From an uncultured Collinsella sp. (GTDB lineage Bacteria; Actinomycetota; Coriobacteriia; Coriobacteriales; Coriobacteriaceae): a stretch of DNA of 39,189 nucleotides. The stretch is from contig CABQNA010000001.1 of assembly GCA_902465425.1 (NCBI GenBank), positions 1-39,189 of the forward strand, written 5' to 3'. The notes beneath the pieces are model-generated. The model worked only from the letters and a program-made list of their open reading frames with translations, ran no database searches and was not told the origin of the DNA. Below are positions 26,781 to 36,955 of the stretch, piece by piece. A program made the position numbers and the translations under genes. Position 1 is the stretch's first letter; each line of letters opens with the position of its first letter.

Positions 26781-27426
26781 GATAATAGTCCAGCTTCTTT
26801 TCGGCGGCGCCCAGCAGCATCTCGACCACAAAGTTAAAGACCCAGTAGATCAGCGCCGCAATCGCAAACGGCACCATGCTCACCTGCGAGGCGACCAGCG
26901 CCTTGGCGGTCGAGAACATCTCACCCACGCCGATGGCAAATGCCAACGACGTGTCCTTGACCAGCGTGATGATCTCGTTGCCCATCGCCGGCAGAATGCG
27001 CTTGGCGACCTGCGGCATCACGATATACAGAAACGTCTGCACGCGCGAATAGCCCAGCACCTCGGCAGCCTCGTATTGACCGCGAGGAATGGACTGCAGG
27101 CCCGAGCGATAGATCTCGGCAAAGTAACCGGCGTAGTTGATGATGAACGCCACGACGCACGCCGTCCACTTGGAATCGGGCGTGAGCGAAATGCCAAACA
27201 CGTAGTACGGGGCAAAGTAGATGGCAAACATCTGCAGCATGAGCGGCGTACCGCGCATGACCGAAATGTAGATGCGCGCAATCCAGCGAAGCGGCGCGAT
27301 TTTGCTCATGCGCATAAACGCCACGGGGATGCCCAGCGGAATCGACCCCAGCAGTGTCAGCACAAACAACTGCAAACTGACCAAGAATCCCTGGCCAAGC
27401 ATCTGCATCATGACCTGAATAGACAT
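26773..27426 (-). CDS. Polar amino-acid ABC transporter permease
   Basis: RGTPLMLQ, AEIYRSG...GQYEAA and KDTSL; ATG overlaps the upstream TAA. Confidence 0.96.
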   Translation of the reverse strand: MSIQVMMQMLGQGFLVSLQLFVLTLLGSIPLGIPVAFMRMSKIAPLRWIARIYISVMRGTPLMLQMFAIYFAPYYVFGISLTPDSKWTACVVAFIINYAGYFAEIYRSGLQSIPRGQYEAAEVLGYSRVQTFLYIVMPQVAKRILPAMGNEIITLVKDTSLAFAIGVGEMFSTAKALVASQVSMVPFAIAALIYWVFNFVVEMLLGAAEKKLDYYHD

Positions 27427-28286
27427 TACTTGAGCACCCAATTATCGAAAGATAGACCATAGCTTGAATACTTGTCGCACAGGTCCTTGACTGTGCCGTC
27501 CTCGTAGAGCGCCTTGAGCGACTCGGTCACGGCGTCGGCCGACTTGGTGTCGCCTTTCTTAAAGCCGACGGCGTAATGCTCGCTGGACAGCGGCTCATCA
27601 AGCTGCGTATAGGCATCGGGCTTGGCGGCAAGCTGATACTGGGCAATCGAAAGGTCGCAAGCCACGGCATCGACCGCGCCGCTCTCGAGCTGTATAAAGG
27701 CCGTGTTGTACTCGCCGATCGTGTCGAGCGTGGCAAACGTCGCCGCCAGATCCTTCTGGTCACCCTCGAGCACATCCTGCGCAGCGGAATCGGTCTGGGT
27801 AATCACGGTCTTGCCGGCAAGATCGTCCCAGCTCTTGATGTCTGCATCCTTCTTTACCACCAGCACCTGCTCGTTGAGCATGTACGGCTCGGAGAACGTG
27901 TAGTCGTCCTCGCGACCCTCCATGGTAAAGCCGTTCCAGATGCAGTTGATGGCACCCGAGTTGAGCAGCGTATCCTTGGCATCCCAGTCGATGGCCTCGT
28001 ATTTGACCTCCCAGCCCTGCTTGTCGGCAACAGCCTTGGCCAGATCGAGATCAAAGCCGGTGTACTCGCCGTCGTCGCCCACAAAGCCGTACGGAGGATA
28101 GGACTTATCAAAGCCCACCACGAGCTTCTTGGACTCCGCAGCGCCCTTCACGTCCTTGGCCGCGGCAGAGCCAGCAGCGGAGCCCTTGCCGGCGCCACCG
28201 CCGCAGCCGACAAGACCAAGGCCAAGCACCGTGGCGAGCGAACCGGCTAGACCAACAAACTGACGACGAGACATATCGGTATTCAT
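27426..28286 (-). CDS. Polar amino-acid ABC substrate-binding lipoprotein (twin-arginine-like signal)
   Basis: SRRQF and lipobox LVGC; SBP family 3 motifs YPPYG, GFDLDLA, IDWDAK and FSEPY. Confidence 0.95.
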   Translation of the reverse strand: MNTDMSRRQFVGLAGSLATVLGLGLVGCGGGAGKGSAAGSAAAKDVKGAAESKKLVVGFDKSYPPYGFVGDDGEYTGFDLDLAKAVADKQGWEVKYEAIDWDAKDTLLNSGAINCIWNGFTMEGREDDYTFSEPYMLNEQVLVVKKDADIKSWDDLAGKTVITQTDSAAQDVLEGDQKDLAATFATLDTIGEYNTAFIQLESGAVDAVACDLSIAQYQLAAKPDAYTQLDEPLSSEHYAVGFKKGDTKSADAVTESLKALYEDGTVKDLCDKYSSYGLSFDNWVLK

Positions 28287-28304
28287 GGTATTCCCCCTTG
28301 GTGG

Positions 28305-28368
28305 CACTTTAGTTAGGTAAAGTGAGTCATGTAACGTTCAGAATCATACACTTTACCTTGATAGAGTA
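28305..28368. promoter_or_regulatory. Two HisR-like 20-bp operators
   Basis: CACTTTAGTTAGGTAAAGTG (28305-28324) and CACTTTACCTTGATAGAGTA (28349-28368). Confidence 0.75.
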
Positions 28369-28379
28369 CAAGGGAGAGG

Positions 28380-28526
28380 TTGCCCGGCGTGGGCGGGGAG
28401 CGGCGCGTAATTAAGTTTCCTGCTCTACAGTCCTGCGCAAGACGGAAAGCACATTAAGTGCTTTCCTTTGCGTGCGGAACTCGCGATAAACTTAATTACG
28501 CGCCGCTCCCCGCCCACGCCGGGCAA
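28380..28526. repeat. 147-bp long palindromic element (MITE-like)
   Basis: Perfect 39-bp inverted repeats at 28380-28418 and 28488-28526, plus an inner stem GGAAAGCAC/GTGCTTTCC. Confidence 0.9.
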
Positions 28527-28635
28527 ACATCGTTGGACTTATCACTGACATGAAATGGGCGCTTGCATATCGTCTGCTAACTTGGCACGGTACAATGCTT
28601 TCAGATTTCAATTTGTAAATTAGTGGGGTTAATTC

Positions 28636-30084
28636 ATGGCAGAATCTCGTGCGGAGCGTAAGGCTCGTCGTGCTTCGATCGAGGCGGCTGAGGGGTCAGA
28701 GGAGAAAAAATCTTCTAAGAAATCCAAGTCGTCTCAGGACGCGAAGGGTAAGTCGGCCAAGGGCAAGGCTAAGGCCAAGCGTCCCGGCTCTCGTCGGAAC
28801 GAGGATAAGGCATCTCAGAATCGCTCCAAGCGCCCGTATAAGAATCCGGTTCCGTCTGCGCGTAAGGCCGTTGATCCCAAGTCTCCTTGTTCCATCATGA
28901 AAGCTTGCGGTGGGTGTACGGCGCTCAATCGTCCTTATAAGAAGCAGCTCGCCGCCAAGCAGGCTGCTATGGAGGAGCTTTTTGCTTCGCTTTGTGAGCG
29001 TGAGGGCATTGCTGTAGATCCTATTCGTGGCATGGGTGTCACCCTGGGCGACCCGGGCAAATATCCTGCGCCGCGCGGTTTTCGCCATAAGGCCGCCACT
29101 CCCTTTGCTCCCGGTAAGGAGGGCGCTGTCCGTTGCGGTTTCTTTGAGCGCGGCACGCACAAGATCGTTGCCGTACCTGAATGCCCCGTCGAGGCACCGG
29201 GCGCCCGACAAATTCTTAACGGCATCGCGCGTGAAGCTGAGCGCCTGCACATTCCCGCCTTTAACGAGGACAAGCATCTGGGCTTGCTCCGCTATGCCGT
29301 CGTCCGCTGCGGTTGGCGTACCGACCAGGTCATGGTCACGCTCGTGACCGCTCAGCGCGACTTGCCGCATGCGCAGGAGTTCTTTGAGGCTGTCGCCGCA
29401 CTCGATCCGCGCATCGTCACCGTCGCCCAAAACATCAACGGACGTCCCGGCAACGCCATCCTCGGCGAGGAAACCCGCATCGTGTATGGCGCCGAATGCA
29501 TGCGCGACCAGCTGCTCGGCTGCGAATTCGACATCTCCCCCACCGCGTTTTACCAGACCAACCCGCAACAGACCGAGCTGCTCTATCAGCTCGCTATCGA
29601 CGGCATGGATTTGCACCAGGGCGATGTGCTCATGGATGCCTACTGTGGCAGCGGCACCATCGGTCTTTGCGCAGCTAAAGATGCCCAGAACAAGGGGATC
29701 GGCATCATGCTGCTCGGTGTGGAGCGCAACCCGGCGGGCATTGCCGACGCACGCCGCAATGCCGAGCTCAACGGTCTTACCCGCAGCGCCTGGTTTATGG
29801 CCGACGATGCCACCGATTACATCCTAGATGCCGCCGACAACAACGAGCGGGTCGATGTCCTTTCCATCGACCCGCCGCGTGCCGGCTCCACCCCCGAGTT
29901 CCTCGAAGCTGCCTGCGCACTTAAGCCGCGCCGCATCACCTATATCAGCTGCAACCCCGTGACTCAAGAGCGCGACCTGCATCGGCTCCTCGACGGAGGC
30001 TATCGCCTGCTCAAGATCACGCCCGTCGACATGTTCCCTCACACCGACCACACCGAAACCGTAGCGGTCCTCGAGCGCCGCTAA
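28636..30084 (+). CDS. rlmD: 23S rRNA (uracil-5)-methyltransferase, RlmD/TrmA family
   Basis: C....CGGC Fe-S motif, AFYQTN, DAYCGSGTIG, DPPRAG, YISCNP and DMFPHT.HTE. Confidence 0.93.
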   Translation: MAESRAERKARRASIEAAEGSEEKKSSKKSKSSQDAKGKSAKGKAKAKRPGSRRNEDKASQNRSKRPYKNPVPSARKAVDPKSPCSIMKACGGCTALNRPYKKQLAAKQAAMEELFASLCEREGIAVDPIRGMGVTLGDPGKYPAPRGFRHKAATPFAPGKEGAVRCGFFERGTHKIVAVPECPVEAPGARQILNGIAREAERLHIPAFNEDKHLGLLRYAVVRCGWRTDQVMVTLVTAQRDLPHAQEFFEAVAALDPRIVTVAQNINGRPGNAILGEETRIVYGAECMRDQLLGCEFDISPTAFYQTNPQQTELLYQLAIDGMDLHQGDVLMDAYCGSGTIGLCAAKDAQNKGIGIMLLGVERNPAGIADARRNAELNGLTRSAWFMADDATDYILDAADNNERVDVLSIDPPRAGSTPEFLEAACALKPRRITYISCNPVTQERDLHRLLDGGYRLLKITPVDMFPHTDHTETVAVLERR

Positions 30085-30112
30085 CCAACCCCGGTAGATT
30101 TTTGGGACAAGA

Positions 30113-30142
30113 AAGGGGGCGGCCCGTCTAGACCGCCCCCTT
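30113..30142. terminator. Hairpin/terminator between convergent genes
   Basis: AAGGGGGCGG/CCGCCCCCTT. Confidence 0.7.
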
Positions 30143-30162
30143 CACTTGGTTTACGAACGCCG

Positions 30163-30984
30163 CTACATGCCCTTGCGCAGGTCGCACACGCCGGCTGCCG
30201 CCATCTCACGCAGCAGCGTCTCGCGGTCGCGCGTCACGATCAGGTCCAGCGGGAAATGAATCTCGTCGAGCATCTTGCGCGCATGATCGAGCTTGCCAAT
30301 GGCCATGCCAATGTGGGCATCGGTTGACACGCCAATGCCCACGCCCAGCTCGGCGCAGCGCTCGGCGATCTTGCGGCATACGGCCCAATGCTCAGTGTCG
30401 ACACCGTGTTCAAGACTATGGTTGTTGATCTCGATAATCTTGTGCTTGGCCTTAGCTGCCAACAGCACCTCGTCGATATCGAACGGCACGCCCGAACGCC
30501 CCGTGTGACCCAGCATGAACACCTTGGGGTGCTCCAGGGCATTGATATACATCTCGGTCGTCTGGGCCAGCGTCGCGCCTTCAGCAATCTGCGGATTATG
30601 CACGCTCGCAACCAAATAATCCAAATTTCGCGTAACCAAATCAAACAGCGAATGCTGACGGCTGTACGAATCGCCGGCAATATCGAGCGTGACAGGAGTG
30701 TCCTCGCCAAACAGGCTTCCGTCCAGCGAAACGATATCGGCCTCGGCACCACGCAGCACCAGCACGCCGCTCCAAATGCGCGGCCAGATATCCTGGTTGA
30801 TAAAGAATTGGTAACTGCGCAGGTCATTGGGGCAAGCCGTAACCATAGAGCTCAGATGGTCGGCAGATCCGAGCACCTGCAGGCCACGCTCTGCCGCCCA
30901 GTACACATTCTCCTCAATGGTCGAATATGCATGCGCAGAGAATATCGTATGGGTATGAATGTCACAAGAAAGCAGGTAGGGCAT
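30163..30984 (-). CDS. PHP-domain phosphoesterase (YcdX-like)
   Basis: DIHTHT..S.HAYST, ADH, GAEA, ASVH, EINN and STDAH. Confidence 0.92.
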   Translation of the reverse strand: MPYLLSCDIHTHTIFSAHAYSTIEENVYWAAERGLQVLGSADHLSSMVTACPNDLRSYQFFINQDIWPRIWSGVLVLRGAEADIVSLDGSLFGEDTPVTLDIAGDSYSRQHSLFDLVTRNLDYLVASVHNPQIAEGATLAQTTEMYINALEHPKVFMLGHTGRSGVPFDIDEVLLAAKAKHKIIEINNHSLEHGVDTEHWAVCRKIAERCAELGVGIGVSTDAHIGMAIGKLDHARKMLDEIHFPLDLIVTRDRETLLREMAAAGVCDLRKGM

Positions 30985-31149
30985 CAGGTCTCCTTATCTG
31001 GCACGGCCGTCGCTTATATTCATTGTACGCATAGCCTTCGATAGTCGTAAAACCACTCCATCCCAAAGACACAACGTCCATGACAACGGGGTCTGGCTTA
31101 ACACCAAACCCCGTTTCACGTAAAACATTGTAGGCAGAGCGCTTTACTT

Positions 31150-32334
31150 TTAACGATACTCGTCCGCCAACTGTTTCCAAGCGGGTAGCGAATTGATAAT
31201 CGTTTCGTAACTCACGCAATAGCCCAGGCGGAACCAACCCGGCATACCAAAGCTGTCCGAGGGAACCGCAAGCAACTCATACTTCTTTGCACGCTCGCAA
31301 AACGCATTCGCATCGGGTTCCAGCGCCTTCACCCACAGGTAGAATGCACCATCCGGCTCAACATAGGTGTAGCCGTACTCCGCTAGTGCGTCGGTAAGCG
31401 CGGTGCGGTTGCGCGCATAGGCCTCGACATCGCTCGGCTCATCGATGCAATCGATGATTACGCGCTGGAAGAGTGCCGGTGCGCATACAAAACCTAGCGT
31501 ACGGGCAGCACCCGCAACAGCCGGCATCAGACGGGCAGCCTGCGGATTGGTGTTGGGAACCAAGATCCACCCCACGCGCTCGCCCGGCAGCGACAGCGAC
31601 TTGGAATACGAGTAGCACACGATGGTGTGCTCGTAGATCGAGGGCACCCAAGGCACCTCGGCACCGTACACAATCTCGCGGTACGGCTCATCCGAGATGA
31701 GCATAATCGGATTCTCGGGATCGCGCTGAGCGTTGGCCTCGCGCAGAACATTGGCCAGTCGCGTCAGCGTGTCGCATGTATATACGGCACCGGTCGGATT
31801 GTTGGGAGAGTCAATGATGACGGCCGCCGTCTTATCGCTGATCGCCTTGAGCACGTTGTCCACGCTCAGCTGGAACGCATCTTCATCGGCGAGCGCCTCA
31901 ACACACGTACAGCCGGCCTTCTCAATCCAAACGCGATACTCCGGAAAGTACGGGGCGATAACAATAACCTCGTCGCCCGGGTTCGTAACGGCGTTGAGCG
32001 TGCAGGTGAGCGAAGCCGCGGCACCCACCGTCATAAATACGTCTTTGCCCTCATAGCTCGTGCCAAAGCGGCGGTTGAGCGATTCGGCCACAGCGGCACG
32101 ACATTGCGGCAGGCCCGGTGCGGGCGTGTAGCCGTGCAGCTGGTCGCTCGGCAGCTCCAGGGCCTTCTTAATCGACTCAGCCACAGCAGCGGGCGCCGGA
32201 ACGCTCGGATTGCCCAGCGAAAAATCGAATACGTTTTCCGCACCGATCTGCGCCTTGCGCTCAAGGCCATAGCTAAAAATCTCACGGATGATGGAGCTTT
32301 CCGCGCCGCGAGCATACATAGTTTCGTTGATCAT
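31150..32334 (-). CDS. PLP-dependent class I/II aminotransferase (AspC-like)
   Basis: SPNNPTG, SDEPY and SYSKSLSLPGERVG; RBS AAGGGG before ATG 32334. Confidence 0.95.
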   Translation of the reverse strand: MINETMYARGAESSIIREIFSYGLERKAQIGAENVFDFSLGNPSVPAPAAVAESIKKALELPSDQLHGYTPAPGLPQCRAAVAESLNRRFGTSYEGKDVFMTVGAAASLTCTLNAVTNPGDEVIVIAPYFPEYRVWIEKAGCTCVEALADEDAFQLSVDNVLKAISDKTAAVIIDSPNNPTGAVYTCDTLTRLANVLREANAQRDPENPIMLISDEPYREIVYGAEVPWVPSIYEHTIVCYSYSKSLSLPGERVGWILVPNTNPQAARLMPAVAGAARTLGFVCAPALFQRVIIDCIDEPSDVEAYARNRTALTDALAEYGYTYVEPDGAFYLWVKALEPDANAFCERAKKYELLAVPSDSFGMPGWFRLGYCVSYETIINSLPAWKQLADEYR

Positions 32335-32398
32335 CTGTTCCCCTTTCGCATAGGCGCTATTGTACGCTTTAGCCGAGCAAAGTGCCGCAGTAATGTTA

Positions 32399-32450
32399 AT
32401 TGGGGACAGACTTAAATGCGTGAAAACGCTCATTTAAGTCTGTCCCCAAT
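32399..32450. repeat. Palindrome with GGGGACAG...CTGTCCCC ends
   Basis: Perfect 20-bp arms ATTGGGGACAGACTTAAATG/CATTTAAGTCTGTCCCCAAT and a 12-nt loop. Confidence 0.9.
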
Positions 32451-32480
32451 CAACAGACGGCCCCATATCGGCCAAAAGGA

Positions 32481-32512
32481 AAAGCCTCCGCAGGTTTCCC
32501 CGCGGAGGCTTT
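32481..32512 (-). terminator. Intrinsic terminator of ftsH
   Basis: AAAGCCTCCGC/GCGGAGGCTTT stem immediately after the ftsH stop. Confidence 0.8.
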
Positions 32513-32523
32513 CGCCACAAAGA

Positions 32524-34671
32524 CTATTTGTCGGCGTCGGTGTCGGCGTCGGCTTCGGCTTCGGCGACGGCATGGTCATCGTCAGCACCATCGGATGCGG
32601 CTTCGGCATCCTCCTGCATGGCCGCCTGCGCAAAGGCCGCGGCATCAGCCGCCAGCTCCTCCTCGCTCATACGAGGCGCGCGCTTCTTGGTCGGCATGCC
32701 GGCCGCCTTGGCATTGCGCTCCTCCTTGGCCGCCAGGATATCGTCCTCGCGCTCAAGGTAGGCCTCCCACTCGTTGTCGAGCAGGGCGTTCACGGCGTCG
32801 CCTTCGACGGTCTCGCGCTCAAGCAGCACCTTCGCCATCAGATCGAGCTGATCGCGACGGGCGTCCAGGATCTCGACCGCACGACGGTGGGCCTCACGCA
32901 TAATGCGCTGAACCTCGATATCGATGCGGCGCGCCGTCTCCTCGGAGTAATCCTGGTGATCGGCGTAATCGCGACCAAGGAACACCTGATGTTGCGCCTC
33001 GCCAAACACTTGCGTGCCCAGCTCCTCGCTCATGCCCAAGCGCGTGACCATCTCGCGCGCCATCTTGGTTGCGCGCTCCAGATCGTTGCTCGCGCCCGAC
33101 GTAATGTCATCGCACATGAGCTCCTCGGCAACGCGACCGCCCAAGAACACGGCGAGCTCGTCGAGCATCTCGTTCTTGGTCTTGAGGAAGTGGTCCTCCT
33201 GCGGAAGCTGCAGCGTGTAGCCCAGAGCCTGACCGCGGCTGACGATCGAGATCTTGTGGACCGGATCGGAGTGCTCCAGGATGTGGCCCACCAGGGCGTG
33301 ACCGCTCTCGTGGTAGGCAATCGTGGTGCGCTCGGCCTCGGTCATCACGCGACCCCTGCGCTGCGGTCCGGCAATCACGCGCTCCATCGATTCCTCGACC
33401 TCGTCCATCGAGATCACGGAACGATGACGGCGGGCGGCCAGCAGCGCAGACTCGTTGAGCAGGTTCGCCAAATCGGCACCAGTAAAGCCAACGGTCATCT
33501 GGGCGAGCTTCTCAAACTTAACGTCCTCGTCCATCGGCTTGTTCTCGGCATGCACGCGCAAGATCTGCTCGCGGCCCTTCACATCCGGACGGTCGACCGT
33601 AACCTGACGGTCAAAACGGCCGGGACGCAGCAATGCCGGATCCAGGATGTCAGGACGGTTGGTCGCAGCGATCAGGATGACCGACTCGCTTTCCTCAAAG
33701 CCGTCCATCTCGACCAGCAGCTGGTTGAGCGTCTGCTCGCGCTCGTCGTGACCGCCGCCCAAGCCAGCTCCGCGCTGACGTCCCACGGCATCGATCTCAT
33801 CGATGAAGATGATCGACGGGGCCTGGGACTTGGCCTCCTTAAAGAGGTCACGCACACGGCTGGCGCCGACACCTACGAACATCTCGACAAAGTCGGAACC
33901 CGAGATGCTAAAGAACGGCACGCCCGCCTCGCCGGCAACGGCCTTGGCCAGCAGCGTTTTACCGGTGCCCGGAGGGCCAACCAGCAACACGCCACGTGGG
34001 ATCTTGGCGCCCAGCTTGCGATAGCGATCCGGATCGCTCAAAAAGTCACGGATCTCCTCGAGCTCCTCGACTGCCTCGTCCACTCCGGCAACGTCTTCAA
34101 ACTTGACCTTGGGGCGTGTGGCCTCGTTGGTCTTGGCGTTGGTCTTGCCAAACTGCATGTTCCTGTTGTTGGCGCCCATCATCTGGCGCATAAAGTAGAA
34201 CATGATGGCGATAAGGGCGATCGTCGGAAGCACACTCATCGCCAAGTCGCCCCAAAAATCGGGATCGTTGGTGTTGACGATGTACTTGGTATCGGGGTGC
34301 TCCGCCATGAGCTCGGCAAGCGAATCGGAGCCGACATAGGTCGAAGAGAAGCTCTTGAGCTCGCTCGTATCGCCCTTGTCCTTTTTTGTCTTCCAGTAAT
34401 GACCCGTCACGCTTCCGTCTTGAACCGTATAGGTCAGATCTTCGACGCGATCCTGCTTGATGGCGCTGACCATCTCGCTCGTCGCGAGCTTAACGGTATT
34501 GCTGGAGCTGGCAAAGCCGGAACCCATATTAAAGAAGGCATAGCCCAGAAGCGCGCAAGCCAAAAGAAAATACAGCCAGCCCGTACGCGTGGGCTTCTTG
34601 CCTCCGGGCATCCCCGGGATCTTTGGGTCCCGGGGAGTCTGGGAATTGTTGTCGTTACGGTCGTCGGGCAT
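32524..34671 (-). CDS. ftsH: ATP-dependent zinc metalloprotease FtsH
   Basis: Two transmembrane helices, [24 protein letters not shown] and HESGH. Confidence 0.99.
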   Translation of the reverse strand: MPDDRNDNNSQTPRDPKIPGMPGGKKPTRTGWLYFLLACALLGYAFFNMGSGFASSSNTVKLATSEMVSAIKQDRVEDLTYTVQDGSVTGHYWKTKKDKGDTSELKSFSSTYVGSDSLAELMAEHPDTKYIVNTNDPDFWGDLAMSVLPTIALIAIMFYFMRQMMGANNRNMQFGKTNAKTNEATRPKVKFEDVAGVDEAVEELEEIRDFLSDPDRYRKLGAKIPRGVLLVGPPGTGKTLLAKAVAGEAGVPFFSISGSDFVEMFVGVGASRVRDLFKEAKSQAPSIIFIDEIDAVGRQRGAGLGGGHDEREQTLNQLLVEMDGFEESESVILIAATNRPDILDPALLRPGRFDRQVTVDRPDVKGREQILRVHAENKPMDEDVKFEKLAQMTVGFTGADLANLLNESALLAARRHRSVISMDEVEESMERVIAGPQRRGRVMTEAERTTIAYHESGHALVGHILEHSDPVHKISIVSRGQALGYTLQLPQEDHFLKTKNEMLDELAVFLGGRVAEELMCDDITSGASNDLERATKMAREMVTRLGMSEELGTQVFGEAQHQVFLGRDYADHQDYSEETARRIDIEVQRIMREAHRRAVEILDARRDQLDLMAKVLLERETVEGDAVNALLDNEWEAYLEREDDILAAKEERNAKAAGMPTKKRAPRMSEEELAADAAAFAQAAMQEDAEAASDGADDDHAVAEAEADADTDADK

Positions 34672-34672
34672 C

Positions 34673-35221
34673 TTACGAATAAACCTCCGGTTTCAAAATG
34701 CCCAGATACGGAAGGTTGCGATAGCGCTCGGCATAGTCGAGGCCGTAGCCCACCACAAAGGCATCGGGGCAATGGGTTCCAACATACTTGGGCGTGATGG
34801 CCGAGACGCGGTCCTCAACGTCCTTCCACAGGAAGGCGGCGACCTCCAGAGAAGCGGGCTTGCGGCTCTCGAGGTTCTTCATCAGATACTTGAGCGTCAG
34901 GCCCGAGTCCAGAATGTCCTCGACGATCAGCACGTCGCGACCGCGGATGTCGATATCCAGGTCCTTAATGATACGCACGATACCCGAGGACTTCACACCG
35001 TCGCCGTAGCTCGAAACAGCCATGAAATCGATGTTGGTCGGCAGCTCGATCTTACGCATCAGGTCGCCCATAAAGACCACGGCGCCGCGCAGGACCGCAA
35101 TCAGCACCAGATCCTTACCCGCGTAGTCGCGCGTAATCTCCTCGCCCAGGCGAGAGACGATACCGTCGATATCCTCCTGCGTGAACAGAACCTTCTCGAT
35201 ATCCGGATGTTGAGAAGTCAT
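34673..35221 (-). CDS. hpt: Hypoxanthine phosphoribosyltransferase
   Basis: VLIVEDILDSGLTL and FVVGYGLDY; tilS-hpt-ftsH synteny. Confidence 0.98.
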   Translation of the reverse strand: MTSQHPDIEKVLFTQEDIDGIVSRLGEEITRDYAGKDLVLIAVLRGAVVFMGDLMRKIELPTNIDFMAVSSYGDGVKSSGIVRIIKDLDIDIRGRDVLIVEDILDSGLTLKYLMKNLESRKPASLEVAAFLWKDVEDRVSAITPKYVGTHCPDAFVVGYGLDYAERYRNLPYLGILKPEVYS

Positions 35222-35368
35222 GACAACCCTTTCTTGTGCTTATCGCCCACACACCGCCGTATGGACGCGAACTACACATTCTAGCAGCGCACGGGGTAAA
35301 TTTACCAGCCCGTGCGCCATCAGCGCGGGAATACCGTCAACGTCGCACAGAATAGCAGGCGTGGGACG

Positions 35369-36907
35369 CTATTCCGCATCGACCACGCGGAGCAGATATG
35401 CCACGCGCGTTGCGGCCGTGCACTTAAAACGCTCGTCCGCGCGAACTCCGGCGACCCACACCACGGCACCCCCCGGCGCCGTCCTCACCATGGGCACGCC
35501 GGCGCGCTCGGAAACGGGAATGCGAGCCTCACCTAGCAAATCGGATACTTTCTTGCTTCGGCCACTCATCCCTAACGGGCACATCACGTCTCCCGGCGCG
35601 GGACCGTCCACCCACAGGCGCGCCAATCGCGCCTCGGCAGGGATCTCGCCACGCGAGCCCGACAGGATCCGCTCACTATCGCTGTCGGCAAAACCCAGGG
35701 CAGCCGCGTCTACCAAAGCTGTCACTTCCCCGGCAGCCGCAAGCTCACGGGCGCGGCGCACGATATTGCATCCCGGCTCAACAGCCATCGGTTCTGTGAC
35801 CAGCATACGTCCCCCGCCCAACGGCAAACGACCGGGTACGGTAACCCAGTCCGCGACCAGGCCCTCGCGAGCCGCCGGCGCCTTAAACGCCAGCATGCCA
35901 AACTCAATGCGTGCGTCAATCCCCGCCGGAAGCGTGACCGAGCCGGTGCCCTCGGCAACGCAGGAAAGGACTCGCTCCACATGTCGCATCTCGGGACGAG
36001 CGTCCGGATCGATGCGCTTAATCGCCAGTCGCACGATGCGCCGCGCGATTACCACCTCGGCCGCAGCCAGGCGCCTGGCATCGAGCACCAGCGCACCCGC
36101 TGCCTCTTTGCGCAAACAGCTTCGAAACGCCTGTGCCGAAAGCTGAGACAAAAACGCGTCCTCATCGCCTAAGATCTCGCAGGCGGCGCCAATCGTCTTG
36201 CAGACGCTCGCGTTGCGCTGCGCCACCACTGGCATTACTCGATGGCGCACGTAGTTTCGCAGATACGAGATATCCTCATTGCTCTCGTCTTCACGCCACG
36301 GCTGACCATGTACCTGTAGATAGCCCACGAGCTCGCCATGAGTTAGGTCGAGCAAGGGACGTACCACGATATTCCTCCGGCGAGGAATGCTCGATAGGCC
36401 AGCGGGCCCCGAACCCTTAATCGCGTTCATCAAAAACGTTTCCGCGCGATCCGAAGACGTGTGCGCGGTGCAGATACGAGCCGCCGTTCGCGGTGCCCCC
36501 GTCTGGGCGCAGAGCTCGCGAACATACCTCCGCGCCGCGGCATAGCGCACTTCGCGGGCCGCGGCCTCAATATTGCCCGACTCCCCATCAAAATAAGCGT
36601 GCTCCACGCACAGCGGTAAACCATATTTCGCGCAGAGCTCACGCACAAAGGCCTCGTCGCCATCGGACGCCTTGCCGCGCAGATGATGGTTTACATGCAG
36701 CACATGCAGGCGCTCGCGAGCAATGGGGGCAACACCGCGCCCGTCTTGGATATCCAGCTTTGATGTGCACGCCATAAGAAGCAGTGCCGTCGAGTCCGCG
36801 CCGCCTGATACCATGAGCACGACAGGAGCAGCCTGCTGCCTCGTTCGGGTCTCATCGACTGCCCCAGGCACGGCATGGTGTCCATAATGCTGAGATACCG
36901 TAGGCAT
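35369..36907 (-). CDS. tilS: tRNA(Ile)-lysidine synthetase
   Basis: SGGADS, HVNHHLR, AREVRY, TAH...D.AET, VRPLL, DESN and RNYVRH. Confidence 0.95.
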   Translation of the reverse strand: MPTVSQHYGHHAVPGAVDETRTRQQAAPVVLMVSGGADSTALLLMACTSKLDIQDGRGVAPIARERLHVLHVNHHLRGKASDGDEAFVRELCAKYGLPLCVEHAYFDGESGNIEAAAREVRYAAARRYVRELCAQTGAPRTAARICTAHTSSDRAETFLMNAIKGSGPAGLSSIPRRRNIVVRPLLDLTHGELVGYLQVHGQPWREDESNEDISYLRNYVRHRVMPVVAQRNASVCKTIGAACEILGDEDAFLSQLSAQAFRSCLRKEAAGALVLDARRLAAAEVVIARRIVRLAIKRIDPDARPEMRHVERVLSCVAEGTGSVTLPAGIDARIEFGMLAFKAPAAREGLVADWVTVPGRLPLGGGRMLVTEPMAVEPGCNIVRRARELAAAGEVTALVDAAALGFADSDSERILSGSRGEIPAEARLARLWVDGPAPGDVMCPLGMSGRSKKVSDLLGEARIPVSERAGVPMVRTAPGGAVVWVAGVRADERFKCTAATRVAYLLRVVDAE

Positions 36908-36955
36908 TTGCTTCCTCCTCTATTCGTCCGCACCCATTGTATCCTTTGGAATCTT

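Noticed and set aside
32524..32660. Short tandem repeats at the ftsH 3' end
   Set aside because: They encode a low-complexity acidic Ala/Asp/Glu tail and need no other explanation
32416..34797. 793-aa plus-strand ORF
   Set aside because: Antisense shadow of ftsH
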